Counted from the first letter of the stretch, positions 1 through 12,745 are shown. The stretch: 64,000 bases of DNA from Squalus acanthias (GCA_030390025.1 CM059428.1:74524001-74588000), one strand, 5' to 3'. Numbers and translations: made by a program. Notes: generated by a model not told the origin, from the letters alone.

Positions 1-1297
1 ACAAATGACATCCTTTTTGACTGTGACAAAGGTAAACTATCCCTCCTCGTCCTTCTTGATTTGTCTGCAGCCTTTGACATGGTTGACCACTCCATCCTTC
101 TCCAACGCCTCTCCACCGTCGTCCAGCTGGGTGGGTCCGCACTCTCCTGGTTCCATTCTTATCTATCTAATCGTAGCCAGAGAATCACCTGAAAGAGCTT
201 CTCTTCCCGCTCCCGCATCATTACCTCTGGTGTCCCCCAAGGATCTATCCTTGGCCCCCTCCTATTTCTCATCTACATGCTGCCCCTTGGTGACATCATC
301 TGAAAACACAGTATCAGTTTCCACATGTACGCTGATGACACCCAGCTCTACCTCTCTAGCACTTCTCTCGACCCCTCCACTGTCTATAAATTGTCAGACT
401 GCTTGTCCGACATCCAGTTCTGGATGAGCAGAAATTTTCTCCAATTAAATATTGGGAAGACGGAAGCCATTGTTTTTGGTCCTTGCCACAAACTCTGTTC
501 CCTAGACACTGACTCCATCCCTCTCCCTAATATCTGTCTGAGGCTGAACCAGACTGTTCGCAACCTTGGTGTCATATTTGACCCTGAAATGAGCTTCCAA
601 CCACATATCCGTGGCATAACTAAGACTGCCTATTTCCACCTCCGTAACACCGCCCGTCTCCGCCCTTGCCTCAGCTCTTCTGCTGCTGAAACCCTCATCC
701 ATGCCTTTGTTACCTCTAGACTTAACTATTCCAATATAGTCCTGGCTGGCCTCCCACATTCTTCCCTACGTAAACTTGAGGTGATCCAAAACTCGACTGC
801 CCAATTCCTAACTCGCACCAAGTCCCGTTCACCTATCACCCCTGTGCTCGCTGACCTACATTGACTCCTGGTTAAGCAACGCCTCGATTTCAAAATTCTC
901 ATCCTTGTTTTCAAATCCCTCCATGCCCTCGCCCCTCCTTATCTCTGTAATCTCCTTCAGCCCCACAATCCCCCGAGATATCTGCGCTCCTCTAATTCAG
1001 CCCTCTTGAGCATCCCTGATTATAATCGCTCAGCCATTGGTGGCCGTGCCTTCTGTTGCCTAGGCCCTAAGCTCTGAAATTCCCTGCCTAAACCTCTCCG
1101 CCTTGCTACCTCTCTTTTCTCCTTTAAAACACTCCTTAAAACCTGCCTCTTTGACCAAGCTTTTTGTCACCTGCCCTAATTTCTCCTTATGTGGCTCAGT
1201 GTCAATTATTTTGTCTTATAATACTTCTGTGCAGCACCTTGGGACATTTCACTACGTTAAAGGCGCTATATAAATACAAGTTGTTGTTGTTGTTGTT
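1..1297 (+). mobile_element. L2-clade LINE, 3' part of RT ORF plus (TTG)n tail, decayed
   Basis: Motifs [21 protein letters not shown] and ETLIHAFVTSRLNYSN with internal stops; ends AAGGCGCTATATAAATACAAG(TTG)n. Confidence 0.9.
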
Positions 1298-1845
1298 CAA
1301 TGTTGACTCCAGAAGGCTGTAAAGTGCCTAATCGAAAGATGAGGTGCTGTTCCTTGAGCTTTAGTTTAGCTTCATTTGTACAGTGTGGGAGGCCGAGGAC
1401 AGAGAGGCCAAAGTAGGAGTGGAGCGGAGAATTAAAATGCCAAGCGACCGGAAGCTCAGGGTCATGCTTGTGGACTGAACGGAGGTGTTCAGAAAAGTGA
1501 TCACCCATTCTGCATTTGGTCTCCCCATTGTAGAGGAGATCGCATCGTGAGCAGCAAATACATTATACTAAATTTAAAGAAGTACAAGTAAATCGCTGTT
1601 TCACCTGGAAGGAGTGTTTGGGGCCCTGGACAGTGGAAGGGAAGAGGTGAAAGGGCAGGTGTTGCATCTCCTGCGCTTGCATGGGAAGGTGCTGTGGGAA
1701 GGGGAGCATGCTGGGAGTGATTGAGGAATGGACCAGGGTGTCCCGGAGGGAATGGTCCCTTCGGAATGCTCAAATTGGAGGGGAGGGGAAGATGTGTTTG
1801 GTGGTGGCATCGTGCTGGAGGTGGCGTAAATAATGGAGGATGAAA
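1298..1845 (-). mobile_element. Penelope-like element, GIY-YIG endonuclease fragment
   Basis: Minus-strand peptides FPCKRRRCNTCP and GDHFSEHLRSV...VAWHFNS...EQHLIFRLGTLQPSGVNIE; frameshifted. Confidence 0.85.
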
Positions 1846-2084
1846 TGTTTAATACACTGTATACTCTATCTCTGTTCCCCCACCTTTTCTGAACTCCAAA
1901 CAGGAAGCCCAATCCAGGGGTTGGCTATATGTTATCCATACAACGTGCAAAGCCCACAGTATCTCCACTCAAACATCTGGAGAATTTAAAAATCCACCCT
2001 TAAATTCTCAATCTCTTTCATAGAGCCACAGGATGGCCGGTGCAGGAAATGCAAACTATTAAATTAGTGCAGTAGGGGGTTTGT

Positions 2085-2260
2085 TTCTGAGGTTAGGGTT
2101 AAGGCACATTTGCAGACTAGCAGGAGAATCTAATTGTGTCATATATCATGGTTTTTGAATACGGTATCCTGGAGGTGCTTGATGCTGACACTGAGTTCCC
2201 AAAAGGAAAAAAGTGTTCCATTCCCCAGATCGAACATCCCTCACCTCACTGAGAACAAAA
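2085..2260 (+). mobile_element. 3' fragment of LF-SINE-like element
   Basis: AGGGTTAAGGCACATTTGCAG resembles recalled LF-SINE; AAAAGTGTTCCATTCCCCAG block shared with 12702-12721. Confidence 0.5.
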
Positions 2261-4086
2261 ATCCACACACAAAAAGTCAGAATGTTGAGTTAAAATAAAA
2301 GTTTTAATACAATTTATTTATGCTTCATAGTATAAAATAGTTACCTTTTCTAATAGCATAGCATCCACCCAGCTTTTAGCAACAAAAGGCTGAGGAATTT
2401 ATACCCTTGAAAATTAGAAGTACAATTTTTAGTAATTGTGGAAAAAGTGGATTGTAAAAATAAAACATCTAATATGATAAAAAGGGTTAAAAAGGTATAA
2501 TTGGGGATTTTTTTTTTGCCTTCTGCATTATCTTCTCGCTTTTCCAGAACACTGATGACTTTGGCTACAGATAAATCTCTCCCTCCACCTCCAGTTATAC
2601 TGCTGCATGTAAGGTCATGTCATCATCTTTCACCAATTAAGACATCGTGTTTGTCTACTTTATCAGGTGATTATATCACAGACAGGCAGGGCTCAGTGAA
2701 CACAATACACTCAAATGGTGTCACTCACTCTAGTGTACCAAAGCAATAAACACATAAAAGTTATAAAACTATCCAGAAAATATAAGCCGGACACATATGA
2801 ATAATGAATTGGTTTTAAGTGTAGCACTTGGTAAAAGGTGTATGTATTTTAATATGGTAGCTGATTGTTTTGTTAAAAAATATAATTCATGATACAACCG
2901 GGTAAAATTACAGAGTTTGGGAGGGCAGTCGAATAACATCTCTCCAAAGTTGGATTTATTGTTCACTTATTTAGTGGCATCTTATTTATGTAGAAAGTAC
3001 GTTTGTCATTAAAATGCAGTATGCAAGTAAATGAATGGTCATCTGATTTAGCTGTAACGAGTCTATGGTGCAGTAAATTAAAGATTTTGCTGCAGACCGC
3101 AAGCAAATTAATATAAATGTATGATACCGTGCACATAAATTTGAACTGCAAGGCTGCTACATTCAAATTTACTTCAACAATCTAATGTCTCCAATTTAAA
3201 GTTAAAAAAAATTCCTTCACAAGCAGTGTTACCAGTGACCTCCGAGAAACCTTTATGCTTTCACAAGTTTTGTTATGCTTTCAGGGAACTGATTGCATTC
3301 ATCAGCTGCTAACTGTACGAAAGATCTTTTGGCCTATTCAGATGATGCTCAAGGGATGTATCACTTCAGGTCACTAACACTGAGGTGTTACTCAACACCT
3401 CAGTTCCGACACTGTTACGTGAGCACTCTAGGTTGTGTGGTTTATCACTACCACGTCCACATTAAGTTTATTGTAAATATGCGGTGAGTTATCATTTCAC
3501 CTAGCATTAGTGCAAACAGACCAATTGATACTGTACTGTGGGATAGGGCCTGCCATCAGATAATCACAACTCTAATAATAAGAAGCAACATTTTCCAGTT
3601 GCTTTGTTAGCAGTGCAGAGGTGCCGAGGGCTTGGGAAGTGAGATGGAAATTGATTTTGCTGGAACTCTGCCCATTCTGCACCATGACCAAAATTCTGCT
3701 TGAGCTTAATTTTAATAGTACAATATATTCAAATGAAATGCCCATAAGAACATGCCCAATTTTCTTGAATTCCTGTGGTTCAGGTCTACTCCCTTCCGTT
3801 ATATGTTACTTTGTCCTGCAACCAGAAAGGTAAGGGTTTTGTTCCTGTTGCAGTGTTTTGTGCACCAGGAGAGTATTCAGGGGCAGAATATCCTACAAGG
3901 TTTGCTGACCTCTACACCAAAATTTGTGATATGCTCCTGAGATATGAAACTCCATGACAAGAGCACAAATTTGTAAATCAACGATGTAGTGCCGAGATGT
4001 TGAAAGTTTGAAGAGCACATAGGTGAGTGATTGATTGTTGAATAAATTAATATGTATTGTACACGTTAATTGTATGGTAAGCTTGG

Positions 4087-4482
4087 TGTCAGCCGTGGCT
4101 CAATGGTAATAGTCTTGTCTCTGAGTCAAGAGGCTGTGGGATCAAGCCCCACTCCAGAGATTTGAGCATATAATCCAGGTTGACATCTCAATGCAGTACT
4201 AAGTGAGTTGGAGGTGCCGTCTTTCAATGAGACGTTAAACCGAGACCCCGTCTGCCCTCTCAGGTGGATATAAAAGATCCCATGGCACTATTCAAAAAAA
4301 GAGTTCTCCTGGTCTTCTGGTTCAATCAACATCAGTAAAACCAGATTATCTGGTCATCTATCTCATTGCTGTTTGTGAGACATGGTTATGTGCAAATTGC
4401 CTGTTGCGTTCAGTGAATACATTTCAAAAGTGCTTCATTGGCTGTAAGGCACTTTGCGTTATATAAATGCAAATCCTTTCCT
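4087..4482 (+). mobile_element. tRNA-headed Deu-domain SINE (SacSINE1-like)
   Basis: A-box-like TGGCTCAATGG; core AAAAGATCCCATGGCACTATT...CAGATTATCTGGTCAT; L2-like tail TATATAAATGCAA; matches 47722-48165. Confidence 0.8.
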
Positions 4483-4499
4483 TTAAGCTTGCTTTGTAA

Positions 4500-4751
4500 A
4501 GTCACCTTTCCAAATGGTATTGTGACACTTATCTGCCTCCAAGTCCTCTAGATTTTGGAGAGTGCATTTAGCCTGACAGCCACCTCCTGCAAAGTATCCT
4601 GCACATATCCTCTGACACAAGGATTGTCTGTGATGTCAAAGAGAGCAATCCTACCTTGCTTTACTTCTTCTAACACCACCTTCAAACATACATCTGAAAA
4701 TGTAGCAGATCTGCTCCTTCCTGTAGCCATTTCTCTTTCTCTGCCCAACAT
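4500..4751 (-). pseudogene. Harbinger Myb/SANT-like gene remnant
   Basis: RSATFSDVCLKVVLEEVKQGRIALF...QEVAVRLNA, then a stop and RTWRQ; same pattern as 14486-14726. Confidence 0.6.
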
Positions 4752-5462
4752 CAGTTAATCTGCCCCTTCAAAAATCAATGAGCTTCACCAGGCAAATCCA
4801 ATTTAGTTTGGGGAGCTCACTGTGCATACATAATTAGGACAACCTCAGCAAGTCCCGCAAGACGGGCCCAGTGAACACAACATTTGCCAATTTGTTACAG
4901 CACTGATTTTGCTTCCAAAACAGAAAACATCTCCTACTGCTTGCAAGATTTTTCAGCAAAAATAATTCTAGCACCAAATTTAAAATGTACTAGCAGATCT
5001 CCTGTGGCACTGCTCATAGTAAAATGGCGGCACCCCTGGGGTTGATTTTAACATGCCAAGATGACGAATAGGGTCCGCAGATTTACCACTCCACTTTCAC
5101 AGGGCCTACCGCTGAGCAGCCAAAGCACCTGTCTGTTTCAGGCAGCAGCCCCCTTTTGATATGTAAATCAGAATCCTATGACATACATAGGACCCCGATT
5201 ACCATTTTAGGATAGAACTAGTCAGAGCTTGCACCGTGCACTCTCTGACCTGTGTTACTGGCAGTAGAGCTGAAGAGGCCTTGAAAAGATAAGTTTTAAG
5301 TTATTTTTCTGGGGCCAGGAGGCGCATCAGTGACAGATGTCCCAGGTGGGCGTCTCCCGGCATTTACACTGGGATTTGGCCCCCTCCCCCCATGAATTTT
5401 CTAGTCACAAACAATACGTTAAAGCATATTTGCATTAAGGATAGACCAGACACAAAACATTA

Positions 5463-5600
5463 CAGGTTCTCACGAAAGGTAATTGACCTGAAATGTTAAC
5501 GCTAGTTTCCTCTTTCTGCACAGGTGACCTAATTGAGTGTTTCCAGCGTTTTCTGTTTTTATTTATTTCAGATCTCCAGCATCAGCAACATTTTGCTTTT
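5463..5600 (+). mobile_element. Penelope terminal-repeat fragment with degenerate hammerhead motif
   Basis: CTCACGAAAGGTAATTGACCTGAAATGTTAAC and the downstream block resemble 27776-27907; core mutated. Confidence 0.65.
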
Positions 5601-5743
5601 TGTGCCAATTTTTGAACTGGTGCATGGAAGGCTGAGAGCGAGTGACGATGCATCTTTGGGAGGTTCTTCGCCCAGCATCTGTGTAACTACAGGGCCTGTG
5701 TCATCTGAAGGACCTAGATAAAATGCAAATGGGGCTAGCACAT

Positions 5744-7279
5744 AATCTGCATCCCAGAGTACTAAAAGAGGTAGCCATGGAAATAATAGATGCATTGGTT
5801 GTCATCTTCCAAAATTCCATAGATTATGGAACAGTTCCTGCAGATTGGAGGGTGGCAAATGTAACCCCACTATTTAAAAAAGGAGGGAGAGAGAAAACCG
5901 GGAACTACAGACCGGTTAGCCTAACATCAGTAGTAGGGAAATTGCTAGAGTCTATTATAAAGGATGTGATAACAGGACACTTAGAAAATATCAACGGGAT
6001 TAGACAAAGTCAACATGGATTTAGGAAAGGGAAATCGTGTTTGACAAACCTACTGGAATTTTTTGAGGATGTAACAGGTAGAATAGATAAGGGAGAACCA
6101 GTGGATGTGGTGTATTTGGATTTTCAGAAGGCCTTTGATAAAGTCCCACATAAGAGGTTAATGTGCAAAATTAAAGCACATGGGATTAGGGGTAATATAC
6201 TGACATGGATTGAAAATTGGTTAACAGACAGGAAACAGAGAGTAGGAATAAATGGGTCTTTTTCGGGGTGGCAGGCGGTGACTAGTGTGGTACCGCAGGG
6301 ATCAGTGCTTGGGCCCCAGCTATTCACAATATATATCAATGATTTGGATGAGGGAACCAAATGTAATATTTCCAAGTTTGCTGATGACACGAAACTAGGA
6401 GGGATTGTGAGTTGTGAGGAGGATGCAAAGAGGCTTCATGGCGATTTAGACAAGTTGAGTGAGTGGGCAAATACATGGCAGATGCAGTATAATGTGGATA
6501 AATGTGAAGTTATCCACTTCGGTAGGAAAAACAGAAAGGCAGAGTATTATTTAAATGGTGATAGATTGGGAAATGTTGATGTACAAAGGGACCTGGGTGT
6601 CCTTGTACACCAGTCACTGAAAGCAAACATGCAGGTGCAGCAAGCAGTTAGGAAGGCAAATGGTATGTTGGCCTTCATTGCAAGAGGATTTGAGTACAGG
6701 AGCAAGGATGTCTTACTACAGTTATACAGGGCCTTGGTGAGACCACACCTGGAGTGCTGTGTGCAGTTTTGGTCTCCTTACCTAGGAAAGGATATACTTG
6801 CCATAGAGGGAGTGCAGCGAAGGTTCACCAGACTGATTCCTGAGATGGCAGGACTGTCGTATGAGGAGTGATTGGGTCGACTAGGCCTGTATTCACTGGA
6901 GTTTAGAAGAATGAGAGGGGATCTCATTGAAACGTATAAAATTCTGACAGGGCTGGACAGACTGGATGCAGGGAGGATGTTTCCCCTGGCTGGGGGGCTC
7001 TAGAACGAGGGGTCACAGTCTCCGGATATGGGGTAGGAATTTTAGGACTGAGATGAGAAGAAATTTCTTCACTCAGAGGGTGGTGAACCTGTGGAATTCT
7101 CTACCACAGAAGGCTGTGGAGGCCAAGTCACTGAATATATTTAAGGAGATAGATAGATTTCTAGACAAAAATGCATCAAGGGGTATGGGGAGAGAGCGGG
7201 AATATGGTATTGAGATAGAGGATCAGCCATGATCATATTAAATGGCCTACTCCTGCTCCTATTTTTCTATGTTTCTATA
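5744..7279 (+). mobile_element. CR1 LINE, 5'-truncated, full RT domain
   Basis: ORF 5723-6871 with NYRPVSLTS, YLDFQKAFDKVPH, PQGSVLGP, FADDTKL; premature TGA at 6869; tail TTTCTATGTTTCTAT. Confidence 0.95.
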
Positions 7280-7419
7280 ATGGCAAGGGTAAGCAGTGGC
7301 AGATGAGTGGCAACGCAATGCAGCCCCAATGTGTCATGCACTGTGTGTGAGCTGAAGCATTAAGTAGAACAAGGTAAAGTATAATGCCCAAACACCCTGC
7401 AGTGAATGGCTTCCAGCCT

Positions 7420-8010
7420 CACCATCTCCAGGGCTGTGTGTCCTCCCTCTGACACTGATGTCGATGGTGGTGTCCTCCACTGGTGTCAAAGTTACAACAT
7501 AGTGGGACCTGTTCTTAAGGCCTCTCTCCAATTGTGTGTTCTCCTGCAGAAAGAGTCAGAGTGGTTTAGTATTTGCCCTGCTGAAAGCAGCTCAGCATAG
7601 TGAGCATGGAAAGAAGGGAAGTCATTATTAGGGCAGTAGTAGGTGTTGAGTTGAGTGCAAGCAGAGGGAAGTATAGTGAAGTGTCTCATTGTGAGTGTAG
7701 GAGAGGCTTGTGACATGGGGGAGGGAAGGATTGCTAGTGCTGGGCTAAAGTCTAGTGTTGTAAGGCTTTGTAGAGAGATGTGAAGGGGAGTCTTACATTG
7801 GCAATACTACTGTGGTCATTAAATTTCTTGCTGTACATGCAGCCAGGTCCTAGGAACTATTGTCCTGCCCAGCTTCCAGTCTCCACTGCTACTGATTAAT
7901 TTTCTGGGGCATCCGTCACCCAGCTGTAGGAAAGATGACCTTCCTATTCCTCACTTGCTCCATGAGAACCTCCACAGGAGTATCTGAAAATATGGTGCCC
8001 TGTTCTGATT
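7420..8010 (-). pseudogene. Decayed Harbinger Myb/SANT-like gene remnant, probably two exons
   Basis: FSDTPVEVLMEQVRNRKVIFP and KKFND in shifted frames; downstream HNWREALRTG segment. Confidence 0.5.
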
Positions 8011-8934
8011 TGTTGCTGTTTTATGAATACAAAATTTGAGCTGTGTTGAACTGCAAGAAATATGTGTGTGTGATGCTGAAGTATGATGCCAAATTGTGAC
8101 AGGGGAAAAGTGACATGATGGACAAAGCTCACAATCATTGTAATGTTTTCATATATACACATAAATTAGATTTATCATCTTCTCTTAATTTTAAATTGCT
8201 TAATTTGAATTATCTGTTAATTTGAATTGAAATGTTTCTAAAAATGCTTCCAATGTTGTTTTATTTAAATTGCATAGTTTGAGATATTGGATAATTCTAG
8301 TTATTTTTGAGCAAAGAACAACTTCAACTTGTATGTAGTGCTCCTCATGTGCAGGTACGTGTCTCAGATCAATTTACAAAAGGAAAAGGTTACGGCAATT
8401 ACAGAGCATGGGGAAAGGGAAGAGACATGGAGAGGCTCATTTCACGCATGGTAAAAGAGGAGGGTTTTGAAGAAGTTTTGAAAGCAGAGAGGGAGGTGGC
8501 AAGGCAGAAGGTACTAGGAAGAGACTTCCAGAGAACAGAAATATAGCAGGTGAATGAAGGGCCTTCAAAGATGTAAGAGAGGTAGCAAGGATTGAAGACA
8601 AGTCTAGCGTTAGAGGAGCTGAAGGTGCATATAGGAACATAAAGTAGGAGGAGATCACTAAAGTTGGATGTGGACCCCATGGTGTTAATGGAAATTAAGG
8701 GGGAGAATTCTGAATTGGATATGCTGGATCGGGGCAGCCAATGGAGCTTGAGGATAAGGGCGATGGGAGTGTGAAACGTAGTGTGGATGAAGACTGAAGT
8801 TTGGTTTGAGTTAAATGTTGTGGAGGATGTTGGGAAGGTGAGATATCAGGACAGTAGAGAAATCAAGAAAGACATGCATTAGGGTTTTGGGAGTAGAATG
8901 GAAGAGGAAGGGCAGTAGGTGGGCAATATTGCAC

Positions 8935-9170
8935 ATTTTCACGCAAAGGTTAGTGGAAATCTGGAATTCTCTCCTCCAAAAGCTGTGTATGCTGGGTCAA
9001 ATTAAATTTTCAAGACAGCGATCAACAGATTTTTATTAGATGAGGATATTGAGGGATATGCATTATTGCCAGGTATAGAGTTGAGATACAAATCAGCCCT
9101 GATCTAACTGAATGGCAGAACAGGCTCGAGGGGCTGAATGGCCTACTCCTGTTCCAGAGGTTCCTATGTA
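8935..9170 (+). mobile_element. CR1 3' end fragment
   Basis: TCTGGAATTCTCT...GAATGGCCTACTCCTGTTCC matches the other CR1 3' ends in the window. Confidence 0.75.
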
Positions 9171-9620
9171 GATGGATAGGTGGATGGATATGCTCCCAAG
9201 GCAAGCATGTCTAATCTTTTGGAAAGGTAGACTAGTGTGTCGTGTATAGTTAAATGACTTTTGAGTCAGGGAATATCATAATTGACCATGTTGAAAGCCA
9301 ATTCTAATTTACATTTCTTGAAGTCCTTAGACCGTGCCATTTCCACCTTCTCACTTCATCCCTCTCTGCTCCTTCACTTCTCTCTCCCTCTCACTCTCTG
9401 TTCCCTCCTCCTTTATTCTCTTCCTTGTTTCACTTTCCTTTTTCATCATCTCTTTTCTCACTGTTCTGTTTACTTCTGTCCCCTATCTGTCTCTGCATCC
9501 ACGGTCAGGGTGAGGCAACAGTATCAGAATTCAGCAACACTGCTCTCCTTTCCTATCAGGGAACTGCTTTAGGAATCCATATCATCCTAGCTAACAATTC
9601 AAAGTTTGTCCACACACCAG

Positions 9621-10465
9621 AACAACAACAACTTGCATTTATATAGCATCTTTAATGTAGTAAAACATCCCAAGGTGCTTCACAAGAGCGATTATCAAAC
9701 AACATTTGACACAGCCACATAAGGAGATAATATAACCAAGGCCCCATTCTACTCTCTCAGGTGAACGTAAATGATCCTATGGCACTATTTTGAAGAAGAG
9801 CTGGGGATTTATCCCGGGTGTCCTGGCCAATATTTATCTTTCAATCAACATCACTAAAACAGATTATCTGGTCATTATCACATTGCTGTTTGTGGGAGCT
9901 TTCTGTGCATAAATTGGCTGCCATGTTTCCTACATTACAACAGTGACTACACTTCAAAAGTACTGTACTTCATTGGCTGTAAAGCGCTTTGGGACATCCT
10001 GAGGTCGTGAAAGGCGCTATATAAATACAAGATTTTCTTTAATTATTAGAACAGGTGAACAAAAGCTTTGTCAAAAAGGAGGAGAGAGAGGTGGAGAGGC
10101 AGAGAGGTTTAGGGAGGGAATTCCAGAGCTTATGATCTAGGCAGCTGAAGGCATGGCCGTCAATGGTAGAGGAAAGAAAATCGGGAAGAACAAGTGGCCA
10201 GAATTGGAGGAGCACAGAGATCTCGGAGGGTTGTAGGACTGGAGATTATAGATATAGGGAGGGGCAAGGCTTTAGAGGGATTTGAAAACAAGGATGAGAA
10301 TTTTAAAATTGAGGCGTTGCCGGAGCGGGACCCAATGTAGGTCAGTGAACACAGCGGTGACGTGTGAACAGGATTTGGTGCGAGTTAGGATATGGGCGGC
10401 AGACTTCTGGATGAGCTCAAGTTTACAGAGGGTGTCAGGAGGGAGGCCAGCCAGGAGAGCATTGG
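9621..10465 (-). mobile_element. L2 LINE 3' fragment interrupted by a headless Deu-SINE (~9750-10040, +)
   Basis: Reverse tail AACAACAACAACTTGCATTTATATAGC; peptide KLELIQKSAAHILTRTKS...DLHW. Confidence 0.8.
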
Positions 10466-11117
10466 GCCAGAAGAGCCATTCTTCTGGTGTGTCCCAAATC
10501 CAGATGCCCCAAATCCTCCTGGCTATACACATTATGCGCCAGAACCAATTTACAGGCCATGCTGATCTTTCTTTCTCACTGAGCCCTTTTGATAATTCCT
10601 CTCTTCATCTCACTGGCTGATCCCTTTTCATAATCTCTTTCTTATTCCTCGGTTGTTCGATCTCTTTCTTCTGATCTCTGACAGATTTCTCTCTATCTCA
10701 TGCATGCTGCTAAGCTGGTTTGCACAGAAACTTCAATCAGTGTGGTCTTGAGCCAACAGCAGCCCAGAAGAACCAAAACCACTCCAGAATCTTTCATATT
10801 TTCTTTAAATTACATCATGCATGTGCTTATATGCAGGATGCTTTTGTCAGTCTGGCTTTTGAATTTTTTTAATTGTCGAATTTCTGAGACAGCTGACCTG
10901 GTCCCTGTGCTGAATCCATTTGCTTCCAGACAGACACAAAGCATGTTCCTCCATGGGAAATTCTGCTCCCACTCTCTGCAGCATAACTCCTCTATTGGAC
11001 AGCATAACTCCTCTCCAGACACAATGCTATTTTTGTCACCATCAATTAAATTAAATCTCGAGCCCAACATGCTGTATGCCTGCCTATACCATGAAAGGCT
11101 AGAGGCTTAATTTTATT

Positions 11118-11465
11118 TGGGGTACAATAGTGTAGTGATTATTTTACTGCACTAGTAATCCAGAGGGCTGGATTAAAAATCCAGAGAACATTAATTCAAA
11201 TCCCACCATAGCAGTTTGAGAATTTGAATTATTTTTTTTTAAATCTGGAAATAAAAAAAACTGACCAAGAAGGTGTCTGATTTTTATATAAACCCAACTG
11301 GTTCACTAATGTCCTTTAAATACCTGCCATCCTTACCTGGACTGGCCTATATGTGACTCCAGTCCCACACCAATATGGTTGACTCTTAACTGCTCTCTGA
11401 AGTGGCTGAGTAAACCATTTTAGTTGTATTAGGGTAACTAGGGATGGGCAATAAATACTGGCCTT
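11118..11465 (+). mobile_element. SINE sharing its 3' tail with the adjacent LINE family
   Basis: B-box-like TTCAAATCCC; ends TAGGGATGGGCAATAAATACTGGCCTT, like the LINE tails at ~12090 and ~22271. Confidence 0.6.
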
Positions 11466-11559
11466 ACCTGTGACACCCAGGTTTTTCAGGAAGGAGCTGC
11501 TCTGTGGGCCACGTGAAATTAGAAAGTGATCTAATCACTGGACAGGTGGTGCAGTGGAT

Positions 11560-12153
11560 TAGAAACTTAACTGGACCAGCCACATAAATACTGTGGCTAC
11601 AGAGCAGGTCAGAGGCTGGGTATTCTGCGGCGAGTGTCTCACCTCCAGACTCCCCAAATGATGGAATGCTCTCCACTTGCCTGGATGAGTGCAGCTCCAA
11701 CAACACTCAAGAAGCTCAACACCATCCAGGACAAAGCAGCCCACTTGATTGGTATCCCATTCACCACCTTAAAAATTAATTCACTCTACCACCGGCGCAC
11801 CGTGGGTGCAGTGTGTACCATCTACAAGATGCACAGCAGCAACTCGCCAAGGCTTCTTTACAGCACCTCCCAAACTCGCGACCTCTACCACCTAGAAGGA
11901 CAAGGGCAGCAGGTGCAAGTTCCCATTCAAGTCACACACCATCCTGACATGGAAATATATCGCTGTTCCTTCATCGTCGTTGGGTCAAATTCCTGGAACT
12001 GCCTACCTAACAGCACTGTGAGAGTACCTTCACCACATGGACTGCAGCGGTTCAAGGAGACAGCTCACCATCACCTTCTCAAGTGCAATTAGGGAGTGGC
12101 AATAAATGCTGGCCTTGCCAGCGACGGCCACATCCCATGAATGAATAAAAAAA
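11560..12153 (+). mobile_element. CR1-group LINE (third family, possibly Crack-like), 3' fragment
   Basis: SPLAWMSAAPTTLKKLNTIQDKAAHLIG; tail CATCCCATGAATGAATAAAAAAA. Confidence 0.8.
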
Positions 12154-12157
12154 AATT

Positions 12158-12745
12158 AACCTTCACTTATAGTACTTGTGTTCAAATCCAGCCTAGCTGA
12201 TGGGATAAGAGTCCACTTTGTTGGCTTTTATGGGTATATGTCAAAATGAGCTTTGTCAGTTTCAATTCAGTGCCATTGGTCCACAGCACAAACTGCCAAT
12301 AATTTGGCACCAATTAACACAAAATGAGCAATCTCCCCAGGCAGGCCAAAGGGTGAGTGTTGTAGGAAATGGAAAAATGTCATACTTCTTTTGGAGTTGG
12401 AACAGATATACATTGTTGGGCAGAGTAGAGGGAGCTTTATTTTGCACCTAACTATACGACAGGGATGATTTTACAATACGCCATTCCCAGTGAGGTGTAG
12501 CACTTCATGCAATGCACCATGGAAAATCATTGTGCATGCAACCCGGGATTTTCTGCCCATTCATTTTAAAGGATAGAAGATCATGGGCTCTGTGCCACAA
12601 TTTCCCGAGATGTGCTACTTGTGAGTGGTGCTCCTCAAGGAGTGCTGGAATTACCTTTTATTCCTGGGAGTGCTTGACTCTAACATTGGGTGCCTGAAAT
12701 GAAAAGTGTTCCATTCCCCAGCACTAACATCCTTCACCGTGGTAA
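12158..12745 (+). mobile_element. LF-SINE-like element interrupted by a foldback insertion (~12460-12660)
   Basis: TTCAAATCCAGCC, TATGTCAAAATGAG and GTCCACAGCACAAA...TTGGCACCAATT lie in the order of the recalled LF-SINE consensus. Confidence 0.6.

Noticed and set aside
10979-11014. Tandem CAGCATAACTCCTCT repeat
   Set aside because: Two copies only, consistent with a simple slippage duplication
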